In this document: positions 51,101 through 64,000 of the stretch, piece after piece
Numbering within the stretch: position 1 is the stretch's first letter
Layout of the letters: every line of letters starts with the position of its first letter
DNA from: Auanema rhodensis
Lineage: Eukaryota; Animalia; Nematoda
Assembly: GCA_964057225.1 (NCBI GenBank)
Contig: OZ059898.1
Coordinates: 5,394,001-5,458,000, forward strand
Length of the DNA: 64,000 nucleotides
Reading direction: 5' to 3'
Program-made: the position numbers and the translations under genes
The notes under the pieces: model-generated
What the model saw: only the letters and a program-made list of their open reading frames with translations
What the model was told of the DNA's origin: nothing
The model's database searches: none

Positions 51101-54100
51101 GATCGATTGTAATATTACAATTTCGTTTTGAAAAGCTGAATTGAATATGACCTTTTTGTTTGAATCTATAGAGTAATCGAAGGAAGAAATACATAAAGTA
51201 GATAAAATATGCGTCATATGTATTTGAAAATCTAAAAATAACAAGAAAATAACTTTTTTAGCTAGTTCTTATTATATCTTTGACCAAGATAATGATAGAA
51301 TGGTCGAAGAGAGTAGGTGGATGAGATGCACCATGACCTATTGGTTCTTCAATTTTTCGTCTGCTCTTTCATTTCTTTTTATCTTGTTAAAAATAGACTA
51401 AAAGTGTCGTTGTTGTCAGACACTTTTGACAGATGATATGTGTCCTCTTTACTTTTCTTTCTATCTAACATATTTCTGAATCACATAACAGAGAGTTGAA
51501 GTAAGAAAACGAATTGATAAAGAGGGAATGAATTCTAGTGAAAGAAGATGTAATTATCTGAAAGAATGATAACAATAAGAAATATGAAACTTTAGGAGAG
51601 AAAGGGAGAGAGAGGGAGGGGGAAAGAGAGAGATATATAGAGAGAAATAAAGATAGAGAGATTCAAAGAAAAAGAGGGAAATAAAATATACAAAGGTTAT
51701 AAGAGAGAATGAGAGAAAGAATGAGGTAAAAGTAAGAGAGAATAGATGGACTAAAACAAAGATCAAGAAGGACATATAGCATATAACTAAGACAAGTAAC
51801 AACAAAAATAAACCGTTCACTACGTCAACTTCAATCCATAATGAATACGCCATTTGAACTTTTAGTTTGCGTGGGATATTTCAAAAGAATATTCATTTGA
51901 AATTAGCATAAAGTATAGTTAAAGGATAAATCAGAATCAAAATGATGATGTTTAATTGAACTTTCAGCTCTGATTCTTCTAAAGTCATTAAGTATACAAG
52001 AGAGATAGATAGAAATCATAAAAATATGAATATTTTATATAAAAGAGTTGAATTAAGAAATGAGATGACGATGATGATAGAAAACTACTTTTCTTATGTA
52101 TTATGGATCTTACTTTTCCAATTTTGGTCTTTTTTTATATTTAATATCAGATAAGATTGATTTCGTTTAGAAGGGAAACAGCAAATGATCAAATGAATAA
52201 TTGAAGAGAAGAAGAGGAATGATAACGAAAAGAAGTTTTCGGGATAAAGCAGATGAAGACAACGGCATAACATTGGGAAAATGGAGAAAATGAATGAAAA
52301 TAAGAAAAAGAAAGGGATTTAAAGAGATTTTATAAATTAAAGAGAGATAAAAGATAGATGGAGAGAATGAGAAGGATGACAAAAACTAGGGTGGAATTGA
52401 GTAGAATGAGACATGAGCAGATTGAAGCTATGACAGCTGAGGCAATAGGACGAGAAGAATAGATACGAGAACTAAGAAACAGGAGACACACTAAGACATA
52501 TACTTAATATTGTCCTTATCTTCACGCTTATAGTCATTTTTCGCTTTTTCTTTCAATTTTACTTTAGTTTTACTATTTCTTTCTGAAATCAAACCATCAA
52601 TTACATTTCATATGTGGCACTTGTGCTTCTATGAAATGTTTCAATGCTAAGGTTACGTTGTCATGTTCTCCTTTTCAGCTTGTGGGGCTTTTTTCAGAAA
52701 AAAAAACGCGAATAACGTATAATCGAGGAAACAGCCGTAAGATTTCATTGCCACTCGCTGCTTGTTTTCGTCTTTTCGACTCTTCGCTTTTATTTGTATT
52801 TTCTATTGTATACTTTTTTGGGAAAAAAAAGTATACGTTTATATGTTGAAACTTCACAGAAAAAGGATGAAATGACCGAGAACCTTAGAAATTTAGATAG
52901 AAAAAGAGAAAGAGAGAGAGAGAAATAAGGGAAAGGTTTTTACATTTTCTAATTTTTTTCTTGTTTTATTTATTCATTTTCTAATAGTACTTTATCTGAA
53001 AATACTTTACATCTTCATATGTTAATATCCATTTTGTTTTTTTTTGTTCTTTTAACAACCTATTCCAACTATTCAATTTTGATCTAATGCTTCATTTTTC
53101 TTTTCTTTCTGATCTCTCTCTTTCTCTTTTTCTCTCCTTCTTATTCATGTTGCTTCTCTTTTCCTATCTCCTCAACATTTCTGATATTTCTCTATTTCAA
53201 CCTACCTCATATTTCTTTCTTTGTTAAACTAATATTCAGCTTTTTCCAATCTCTCACCCTTTTCCGATATGATAATGAGAGTTGATGAAAAGGTTCTATA
53301 TGACTAGTGAATATGTTCAGATCATATCTCACATTTCTTGTCATGTAACTCGAATATGTCTTTTAAATTTTCTATTTATTCACATCATTGTTATGAATTT
53401 CACTCACTCAAATCACATCGTTCTTACTTATATACTTCAACATCTCATCTGGTCAATGAGATTTCAAATCCTCTCATGTTTGGAGATCAACGAGCTTCAT
53501 CTTGTAATCGTCATAATCATCTTCCCTTTCAGGCATTTAGTGTTCAAACTCAATTCTAATACTCTCACTTCATCTATACATGACTTCCATTTCAATATAA
53601 AACTTTCTCAAACCTCAATAGTTTCTAAATGACATTTTTGTTTTGTTTTAAGTTTTTATTCATTTATTAGTTATTTTTTGTTTCTTTACCAAACAAATAA
53701 ATTTTATGAATAAAACCGTATATAACATAGTTATTTCCAAGATTTCTTTTCTTTCAAAAATCATGTTCATCATAAATCTAAATACACATTACGAAAATTT
53801 TTATATGTTTGTTGTCTTTTCGTCAATTATGGTATAATCTTTTCAAAAATACTTTTAATGAGCTGCTTATTCGACCATTCTTTTCAGCTCAGACATGGTT
53901 TTACCTGTTTTTGTTTCCAGATAGTTTGGAGAAATAATTAATAGTTGTCTTCTTCCTAAAAATTATTTAATACTTACCAATAATCATTATATAAATTTAT
54001 ACAAATTTATACAAATTTATATAATTATTATTATTAATTTCCGTTTGTAATCAATTATTTTAATAATCTATTTTACTTTTTAACAATTTTAATATTTTAT

Positions 54101-54510
54101 TCGTTATAAATTTAAGAATAAAATCTTTTCTTTAAATATTTTTTATTTTACTTACTATACTATTTGTATTCGAAACTTTATATAAATTCTATCTTTATAT
54201 GCTGAAAGATCATGTTTAAATCTACTCATCCGATAACAATTTAATTTATATTAACGGACAATATATCAAATATCATGTAAAATATTTTTTTTTCTTATTT
54301 TTCTTTTTACATTTATAATTTTCTTCATTTTTCATGTTATTTCAATTATATAATTCTTTATACATTTCCTTATTTCAGAATTTTCTTCTGGGTTCAGTTA
54401 TCGAAAGTTTTAGAAAAGTCTAGATTGTTTAGTGGGATAACCCCCTCATCACAAAGCTAAAAATGCCGGTTAGTTTGTTTTTCTATTAATTTCAATATAA
54501 TATTTATATA

Positions 54511-54544
<34 letters not shown>

Positions 54545-55367
54545 TTATTTATATTGTTAGAAATATATGTAAAAAATAAAACAAAGAAAGACTAAATTAA
54601 AAAGTCTTATGGCTACAAACATGCGGTTAACTATGAAAGACTAAGTTTTTTTTTCTTCTCAATTACCCTCATCATCAGAACCAGATTTTTTATATTTCTT
54701 TTTCTTATTATAAACAAAAACAAATTATTAATTTCAATTTCTATAGAATTTAAAGATTATTCTTAATTACTTCTCAATTTTTATTTCAACTGCTCCTTAA
54801 AAATATATTGTTAGTACTATTATTCATATACAAATATTTCTTATATAGTCATATATTCTTCATTTTCCATTTTCATATATATATATATATATAGAAATAA
54901 GATAATATAATATAAATATAAATATATTATATTTAACCAATAATCTTTAAATCCCCTAAATTCATTAAATTGAACCGGAACATATTGCTAGTCTTCAGGT
55001 AATAACAGTTCATTGACCAACGGAAGCTCATTTATTCTTTCAAAACTTTATAAATATATAAATCTTTTTGTTTAATCTAAGGGTTTTAGATCATCTTTCA
55101 AGCTTATGTTGTTGTTACTTTTTTTAAAAAGTTTTTTCTTCAGTTCATCTTTCTAATTTTAGATTTTGAAACAATAAATGTATTTATTATAATAAACAAA
55201 TATATTATATTTAGTTTGTAATTAATAAAAAATAATTTATCCAATTACTATATGAAAACTATATAAACGTTCACATTTCTATTTTTATCTTCAAATCTTA
55301 GTTTTCAGTTTCAATGTTCAATAACTATTACATTCTATTTCTTCTCCCTTTTCAATCTTTCTATCCC

Positions 55368-55375
55368 CTCTCTCT

Positions 55376-55426
<51 letters not shown>
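55368..55426. repeat. Imperfect (CT)n microsatellite
   Basis: Directly visible. Confidence 0.9.
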
Positions 55427-55427
<1 letters not shown>

Positions 55428-56718
55428 TTCTATTTTACTTTTCATTATATACTATATTCTCTATCTTTGTTATACATATTTGTTATGACATTTATGGAAA
55501 TCAAAAAGAAGTAACCAAGCTGATGAAAAGCAAATCAATTTTTAGGAAAAAATGATGAAGTAAAATGCTTCATGGACTTATTATATGACAGCTTTTTCCT
55601 TCATAACGGACTCTTCTTCACATTTGACAATGTTTTTTGACAAATTGTCATCACCATTTTTGATTTACTGATTTGTTTTTTCCTTCACTTCCTTCTTTTA
55701 TCGTTTCCATGCTCTTCTTCAGCTTTTTTCCGTATTTTTTTAATTGCATCAAAGGTTGGTTTTCATCATTAAAACTATTATTAAATTCTTTTTCTTCTTC
55801 ATCTTCTTCTCAATAATAATTTTTTTTCTTCGTTGAATTACTTTTACTATTCTTATCTTCTTCTTTTACGTTTCTTTCCATCATATCTTCAATTTTATTC
55901 TTCTTTAACTTCCATCAAGTTCTTTTGCAAAATCTATTACTTCTTCTTCATCTTCTATATGCTTCAAACTTACTATTCGCCTCTTTAAGCAAATGTTCGC
56001 TCACTTAGAGTTACAACCCTGTTTGAGCAAAAACTCAACAGCTCATTTAGGTTTCCATTCCACATCCATTCTTTTAACCGATTACCCTTGAGCAGTTTAA
56101 CTAATTTTTGTTATTTGTTGACCAAGTTTTGCTGTATCTCTTCTTCATTTTTCGTTCTTCATGATTGTCGTCATTGACATCATCATCATCGGAAGAATAA
56201 GAAGACGTATAGTTATATAAGCTGAATTGCTTTGTAACTAGTTTTACACATAAATAAACAAAAACATTATAATTAATATAGTTAAAATTATTTATTTTAT
56301 TTTGCATTCGGTCAATGAATTGTCTTTTATCTATCTTCATACCTACTCAAGTTTTTTAGTTCATCTCAGAAATTGAGTGAGAAAATCAATTATTTCCTCT
56401 TCACATACTTATTTCATTCAATAATTTATTTTCTATCAAATATTATGTTTTACTTTTCAAAATTTTAATTATGAATTATATTATATTATTTATAAAATAT
56501 ATGATTCACTATTATTATTCATTCTATATGTATATCAATAAGTTTTTTTTATAAACTATATTTATAATTAATATAATATATGTTAAAAAACAATTAAACT
56601 TGTTAAAAAACAGTTCAACCTAAGTTGAAACTTGTTTTTTTCCTTTTTTGCCATATCTCATTAGAAAATAAAATATAAGAAATGAGCCAAAAGTCGTTGA
56701 AACGTCATGAGATCTTAT

Positions 56719-56730
56719 TGCCCTGAGGCA
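56719..56730. promoter_or_regulatory. AP-2-type site TGCCCTGAGGCA
   Basis: Matches the TFAP2 consensus and sits in a short GC-richer island within very AT-rich DNA. Confidence 0.5.
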
Positions 56731-58854
56731 GTATTGACATGTTGTAAGTGACTTAAGATGTTTCATATATCTTAAAAATATTGTTCTATTCTAAACGTAT
56801 ACTAAGATAAAGAATAAAACTATATCATATAGTTAATAAGATGATTTATATATAAAAAAAAAAACATTTTTGATAAAATAAAAAATTTTTATTGAAAAAA
56901 CAATAATCTTATGAGAATATTTAATCGTTAGGATTAAATACTTACATTATGTCTTTATATATTATATAATTAAATTTTTTTTATCAATTTATATATATAT
57001 AAATATTCTTTTTAAAAAAATTAAAATGAACGATATTTTTATTTTTTGTCTAACTATATATAAAATGATATAAATAAAATTTTATTAATAAATTTATTTT
57101 GAATAAATATATTGATATCAAATAATTAAATATATAATATTATAATATAATAAATATATTTAGAAAATTATTTCTAATAGTAATATTAATATCATTTTTC
57201 ATTTTACTATTTTCAAATAAAATAAAAAAAAGATATTATATTGAGCATATTAGTTATATAATTATTATATTTATTATTCAAATAAATATATTTTCTAGAT
57301 AATAACCTATTTATAAATGCTTTTCATATAAACTTGGTGTGAGTTTTTGTTCAAAGGCATTTTTACCAGCTCGTCAATCAAATTGTCTTGACGAACAGAA
57401 CGTGATGATGGAAAATGAAAAGATCAGGCTATTCCCTCCACAGATGTCATATATCTAGTTAACAGATAAACGTTTTTTATTTTTTTTTTTTTTGAAACAG
57501 CAAATCGAAAACGTTTACGGAGTTATAGCTTGTATCAACTTATATATATATATAATATGTAAAAAGATGAGATATAATAATATTATATATAAACTAAAAA
57601 GAAAAAATTTTAAAATATTCTTCTACTTCTAATACGCTAAAATTCATTTCTTTTGCTATTTCCTTGTTCAAAAAGGTTTTTTTTGAAATTGCTGTGACTA
57701 ATTTTGCAAAAATCTATGTGGACAAGGTTTTACTGAGAAACATAATGAAATCCGATTAACTATAAAATTTGAAATAGATGAGATAGTAAAAACATCATTC
57801 AATACTTTGTGCTTTCAAGTTTTTTGAAGATGAGGAAGAAGAATTAATTTTTTCCAGTAATAAAGTTCATAAACACTAAGTTTTGTTCAGTAATCTGCTT
57901 CATATTTACAAATTGTTAGCGAAAATCGTGTGTGAGAAAGAATCTGATTCTTAGCATCATTAGTAAGCTTCTGGCACAGCTGCTACTTCTTGTGCCTGCG
58001 CTAACCCTCGAGGTGTGAAAATGTCCTAAGGCATTATTCTGCTAAAACTTTAAAAACTTGTGCCGCAATCAAGCTTTTCAAGTTTATTACAGGACTTCAT
58101 ATTCATGAAGTAGCAAATGTTGAAGCTTATCACATGTATCTCTAATCATTCAGGAAGAACATATTGTTTAAAGAAAAAAAAAAGAAAAATAATAATACAA
58201 ATACTAAAAATATAAAAATAAATTAAAAAGATAATCTTTAATTTATATATTTTAAATAAAATATTAAATAACCAATGTAGTATAGTTTAATAGTTTATCA
58301 TCTTTTCTTATATTTATTATATTTATATTTTTCATATAATATAAAACAAAATTAAAGTTTATTATTCAAATATAAGCAAACATACTTGAATATTATATTC
58401 TTATTTGAACAAAAAAAAAACAAAAATTGTAAAGAATTAAATGAAAGATTGTTTAGAATAAATTGCAAATAAAAGATATTGATGATTGTATTTTTCATTA
58501 AACAATCTGATTTTTGATAAATTTTTTTATTTAACAAGAATAAACGAAAGAGAGAGAATTAATTTATGACTTGTTCTTATAAAAACAGTTTCGAATGGGT
58601 ATGATCAAAACGAAATTCAGGTCAGCTGTTGATATTCAATGTACTATTTACTAGATTAGCAACAGCAGTTGACGGATAAACGCCTGTCATGACTAGTGGG
58701 AATGAGATAAACCTTGCTTGATAAAAATCTCATGAAAAATCTTTTCGTGTAGTTCTATTTCTTTATTTTGCACTAGATATTACTACTTATTTCAATTTTA
58801 CTTCTTATTTTTCTTTTTATTCTCTTTCATTTTTTAAAAAATGTTTTTTGTACT

Positions 58855-58858
<4 letters not shown>

Positions 58859-58890
<32 letters not shown>
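58859..58890. repeat. (TC)n microsatellite
   Basis: Directly visible. Confidence 0.93.
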
Positions 58891-58894
<4 letters not shown>

Positions 58895-61800
58895 TCTTTC
58901 ACTCTTATAATTTTTCTTTATCTCTCTCTCTCTCCTTCTCTCTTATTATTTTTTATCTCTCTCTGCTCACTTTGTAATCTAAACAAGTTTACCTAAAATT
59001 AAGCAAAGATGACTAAACTATCGAATATTAGATTTTCTGCTGCATACTCTTGCTATTCATTCAAGTTTTTATTCAAAACTTAAATTATACAAATCTCTAT
59101 TTAATTATTTAATTAATCATTAATAATTATGAACTATGTTCTTTATGTTGATTTCATGTTTGGATATTAGTACTGGTACGCATGTTCTATCAACTTTTAT
59201 TTTGAAAATAAAAGTGAAGCATGCATATAGATCGTTGGCTATTTTGATCTATTTTGTTCTATTTTTAACTTTGTTATACATATAGTTAACAACTGCATAA
59301 CATTCACCAAAAGCTTTGTTTATTAGAAGGTGTAAAGGCAAGTATCACAAGAAATCAAAGCCTTTGTCAGATCAGGACATACCTGTCCTTGTCATTTAAG
59401 CTTTCTGTCGATTCATAGTCTCTTTTACTCTACTATGTAGTTCAGGATGTCTATACTACGATGCGGTCAGAAACATGCCTCTTTCTATTATGAGCAGCTT
59501 GCTAAATTGTCTGAGGGCACATTTACGCTATTATTGTCAATGACAACTTTGCTCTCCATCTCCTCCCTCACATTGCCATATTTGGAAACACTTCGACATG
59601 TCGACAAGTTCAAACTGCAATTCATCCTTATATAAAAAGAAAAAAGGGCATTAAGATCTTTAGTTATATGTATATAATATTCCTCTTAACCACTTGTTCT
59701 TTTTCTTTTTTGATAGAAATTCTTTCTTAAAAAGTGTCTTTACTTTTCATTTCTCAACAATTATATGATTTGCAATGAGAGTTAAGTACAAGATACTTTA
59801 TTAAACTTAAAAACGATGACAATCACGAGAAATAGAAATAAATCACTTGTAAGACACTAGTAAATCGATCCTGTTATTGAGATTTTTCAAGATGATGACT
59901 GAATCTTGAGCTGAGTTCGGTGACATCAGATTCCATGAAATTATATTTACTAACGATTCTTACTAGTATTTGATTATTCACCATATAGCGTGATACTTTA
60001 AATAATCTGTCAGTCAGTTTTGGCACACATCTCACCAATCTTATCTATAACTTCATAAATTTCTTTAGTATAACATGCATTTACTTTTGATGGAATCCTT
60101 TCCATTTTTTTTTGTGAAAACGACCAAAAAATTATTTTTTCTCAAATGGGCAATCTAACTGGCTAGATAATCTAGCTAGCTAGCTTTTCTATCTATCTTA
60201 TATCTATCTATCTACTCCTTCTTAGTGTCTCTTGAGTTTCAGTCTCATGTTTTTCGAGTAGCATCTTACTCGTCGACTTCATTCTACTTTTCCTTCTTAT
60301 TTTTCTCCCGTTTTTTCAAAATTGTCTAATAGTTGTCAACTCATTTTCCACCATCATCGCCATCATAAGAACTTCTAAAAAATTTTTGCTTTTTAGAAAA
60401 TTTCGTTGATCGGCTTAGCGCTAAACCTCGAATAGAATTCATCGGTGCATTTGAGAACTTGTTGAGCTTCAAAGACCACAATGACTTCTCTTCATCAATT
60501 TTTCCGGATGAAAAAAAAATTTAAATTAATTTTGCATATCATATAGCATATTGAACATAAATTACTATTTATATTGCTAATTCTATACTATATATAGATA
60601 TACTTGATGCAATATTCTTCGTGTTGATTCAATCCATTTGGTGGAAAATATATTTTTTCAACTATAAGGAATATATCATTCTATTTTTAGTTTTTAGAAT
60701 TTTTTTTATTCTTTAAAAAGTTTTTTATATTCATATTGATTTTTTAAAAAATAAAAAAACATTTCAAATACATTTTTATCTTTTTTTTGTGTTTTCAAAA
60801 AAATAAAATATCTTGCAAATTGATGTTACTTGCTTGTACCTGAGTAATCTTTAACTTTTATTGGTTGATCACTTTGCTTCAGACATAAACATCTATTTGA
60901 AAATTTTTTTTGTTCACATTTGGTCTTTAGATCCATTTATCTCCTAATTCTTTCATTACCTCTTTTTCCTTTTTTTTTGTTTCTTTCTATCATTTTATTT
61001 CTCTTTTAGTCTTCCATCATATAGTTATCTCTTTTTCACTTTTTTTTCAACATATATAGATATAAAGATATATTTTTTTATTTTTTTTATAAAATAAATA
61101 TCCTTTTCATGTATTTCACATATCTTCTTCCGTATATTCATTTTTGGCCAATTTTCGCATATATTCATCTTTCAATTCATTTCTTAACTCACAATCCTGA
61201 CTCTCCTGTTCCGATCAAATGCCTAATTTCCGAAGATTTGGCTTCTTGGTGAATCAACAACTCTACGCGTTAGGCTTGTATCCTACGCATGAGTATGCTA
61301 CAACATGATTGCCTTAGGTCATGTATTTGCATCATAATTCAGGATATTAAATAATTCCGTCTACTTTCTTGCAATTTTTAACATCAAAAATAGAAATTTT
61401 TACCAGCTTTATATATCAGTGTTATTCACATTCATTTCATTGCTTGTTCAAAACCAAAATTTTTAAAGAATTTGCCAATTGCTCGTAATGTTGCTTTTGG
61501 TTTAGCTGCTTGGGCAACCACTATTCTTCTTCCATTATATCTAATCTGTTTTACGAGCAAAGGAAGTTTGAAAGCTTCTAAATGATTTCCTTATGGGCTA
61601 AATTCAGAAAAAAAGCACAACCGGTCACAACAGTTATTTTGGTCCAAACTGACCAAATTACGTTGTAAGCATGTGAATATAAATAAAATGAGATTTAATT
61701 CATTATTGAAGAAAAAAAGAAATATATAAATATCTGTATATAACTATACATAACTATATACATATATATAACTATATATAGCTATATGTATATATTCATT

Positions 61801-62962
61801 CTTCTTAACTATACAAATTAAGTAAAAGTATAATTACATACATATATGTATGTATGCATATAAGGCTTAAATTCTATTTTTATCTTTCAGTTTTGTTTCA
61901 AATAACTCTAAGAACTTCTCTGTATGCATTACGTACTTTTAAGATCGTACAAGCTCAATGTTTTCTTCTAGAACATTTCGTTTTGTTCTTTGCTATCTTT
62001 TTCATTTGATCTAGAGAAAAGTCATGATATGAATACGTTAACTACATATACATACATACATTTAATAGATACTATATCATTCATTTAATTCGTTTGTATA
62101 TATTATACTATTCAAATTCATTTTCTTCTTTATACTATATATATATATATATATATATATATCTTTATTCTCATTTTCTTATTCTTTCTTTTCTCTTCAA
62201 TTTTTATTGAAAGCAAAATGGATGACGTTATTCATCCATTTGTATAAGTATTCTCTTCCATATTCTTTCTATCAATATCCTCACTTCCCGTTAACCAGTA
62301 GTAGTATCTCTAACCATCCCCATCATCGTCATTATCATTCATCACTTTCAATATATATTTACCAAATATAGGTTCTTTCTATTCATTTAAGCGACATCAA
62401 GCGTATTCCAGTTTACAGAACAAATATCCTCCGGCAATTTCCGCCCTTTGGTTCGTATGTGAAGTTTTTTTCTTATCTCTTGCGCTAGGTCTTTGAACAT
62501 CATGAAATATAAATATTTCTTCTCTTATTAGGCGGAAGTAATGACTGTTGCGAATGAAGGGGGTGGGTTCACGTGCATTTTCACGTGTGACTGATTTCCA
62601 TGACATGAAGACATTAGCGTTTTGCACTACCTTTGACTCTCAACTTGCATTTTTTTCCGTAATATTTGATGTAAAAAAGAATTTTCGAAAGAGAAAACTT
62701 TAAAAAACATCATATTGAAATGGGGCTGACATCAATTTGCTCATACATCTTCTTATTTAAAACATCAGAACTCAATTGAACCTGATGTGACAATATAGAA
62801 TATTAAAAGCAACATAGAGACAATGAGCAGAAAAGAAATGAACAAAACGTATATGTCCTAAGAGCAATCAACAATTGAAAACACAAAATATCAATCTGTC
62901 ATCTGTCCATCTTCAGAAACTATTTGAAGCTGTTTCAATTTAGCCTCAACAAATGAACGTAT

Positions 62963-62974
62963 TGCCCTCAGGCA
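62963..62974. promoter_or_regulatory. AP-2-type site TGCCCTCAGGCA
   Basis: Matches the TFAP2 consensus and differs by one base from the site at 56719. Confidence 0.5.
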
Positions 62975-63433
62975 CGTTTAGAAGGTTATGTCAGAATCTT
63001 TCAGCCCGATTGGTTTCTATGAACGATTCTTTCAACTTTTTGCCAACTAGCTCATATCATGAATTCTGCATTCGTTTTCAGTTCAAAGTGGATTACTGAT
63101 GGTGCTATACTAGATGATGTTGATGAAAAGCCAATTGGCTTTTTTTATTTTTTAACATTCACATGATGATGAAGATAGAAGACGGTGCTGATCATCGTGA
63201 TCATGATCATCTTCATCATTATAATTAACCTCATTATATATTTTTAAATGTTTTTTCTGTTTCCTCAAATATAATAAACACAAAGTTTTTGTTTTATTTT
63301 CAATTGTTATCATGATGGTGGTTAAATCTGTTATTTCCAATTTTCATTGCCATCGTCAATTCACTAACAACAGATTTTTGGGTAGGAAACAAATCATTTT
63401 CATCATCATTTCTCTTCTTCTTTTTCTTATTCT

Positions 63434-63470
<37 letters not shown>

Positions 63471-64000
63471 TCTTTATTCTTTCTCTCTTTATCTCACTTT
63501 TATATTTCCTTTCAAACACCAACTGCTCTACTACTTTGAAATAAAAAGTAATTGTGTTAGTTGCTTAAGAACATGAAGCAAATTAATTAAAAGTATTCAT
63601 ATACACATGTCTCAAATGATTTTGTCCTTTTATGTACTTATTGAATTAAATTATTTTAAATCTTTATCTTCAATACTTCAGCAATTAAGCTCTTCGATCA
63701 ACTTTTCATTAACTCAATTTTATATTTCTGGAAGCATAATCTCTTAGATTTAATTTTTTTTTGTTCAATACACCACAAAGAGTAAAGGAAAAATGTCACA
63801 ATAGTTAGAATTTGATCCAATCTTCTATTCTATCTTGACTTTGAGATTTGAAGCTTCTCACCTCTTTTACTTTACTAGTTCATTGTTAAAGCTGATTAGT
63901 GAGATGCTTATATAGATCCCAGCAACAATCTGATATTTCTGCTTGTGCACTATTCGTTATAGCCTGAAGCAATTACTTAAACCAGCTGAGCCAATGAAGT

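Noticed and set aside
55740-55980. E/K-rich coding-like stretch on the minus strand
   Set aside because: Low-complexity GAA-rich tract interrupted by stops, with no coherent exon boundaries.
13592-62937. Seven piRNA Ruby-motif cores CTGTTTCA (13592, 16610, 21718, 35052, 46520, 57493, 62930)
   Set aside because: Only a few-fold above rough expectation and far too sparse for a piRNA cluster; no supporting context was checked.
11566-63539. Many 60-160 aa ORFs rich in F/L/S/I or ER repeats
   Set aside because: They are translations of CT/AG/TA microsatellites and AT-rich DNA, with no domains or coherent splice structure.
1-64000. tRNA, rRNA, transposon, telomeric arrays and CRISPR
   Set aside because: No cloverleaf or B-box context, transposase/RT ORF, terminal repeats or TTAGGC arrays were seen, only isolated hexamers; the sequence is eukaryotic.

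Overview
Eukaryotic, very AT-rich genomic DNA from a rhabditid-type nematode (species not determinable), judged from TTTTCAG acceptors, many 39-50 nt introns and a cuticle collagen. Bases 1-11.3 kb are gene dense. They hold a col-17-like cuticle collagen (minus strand, stop outside the window), a ~580-aa SAP30-family protein (minus strand), dynactin p50/dnc-2 (plus strand, head-to-head with the SAP30-like gene) and grk-2 (minus strand, 17 coding exons, 707 aa). The remaining ~53 kb is almost all non-coding. It contains one 14-exon carboxylesterase (plus strand, 30.3-32.7 kb) and a candidate 81-aa small ORF (minus strand, 33.1-33.4 kb). The non-coding DNA has many microsatellites and short GC-richer islands that repeatedly carry AP-2-type GCC-N3-5-GGC palindromes, TALE/MEIS TGACAGCT and TCF CTTTGATG motifs, suggesting a large cis-regulatory landscape. 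The most notable finding is the divergent SAP30 homologue, whose zinc finger and Sin3-binding domain are separated by a ~375-aa linker. Exon structures were derived by hand and reference sequences were recalled from memory; no database search was run.
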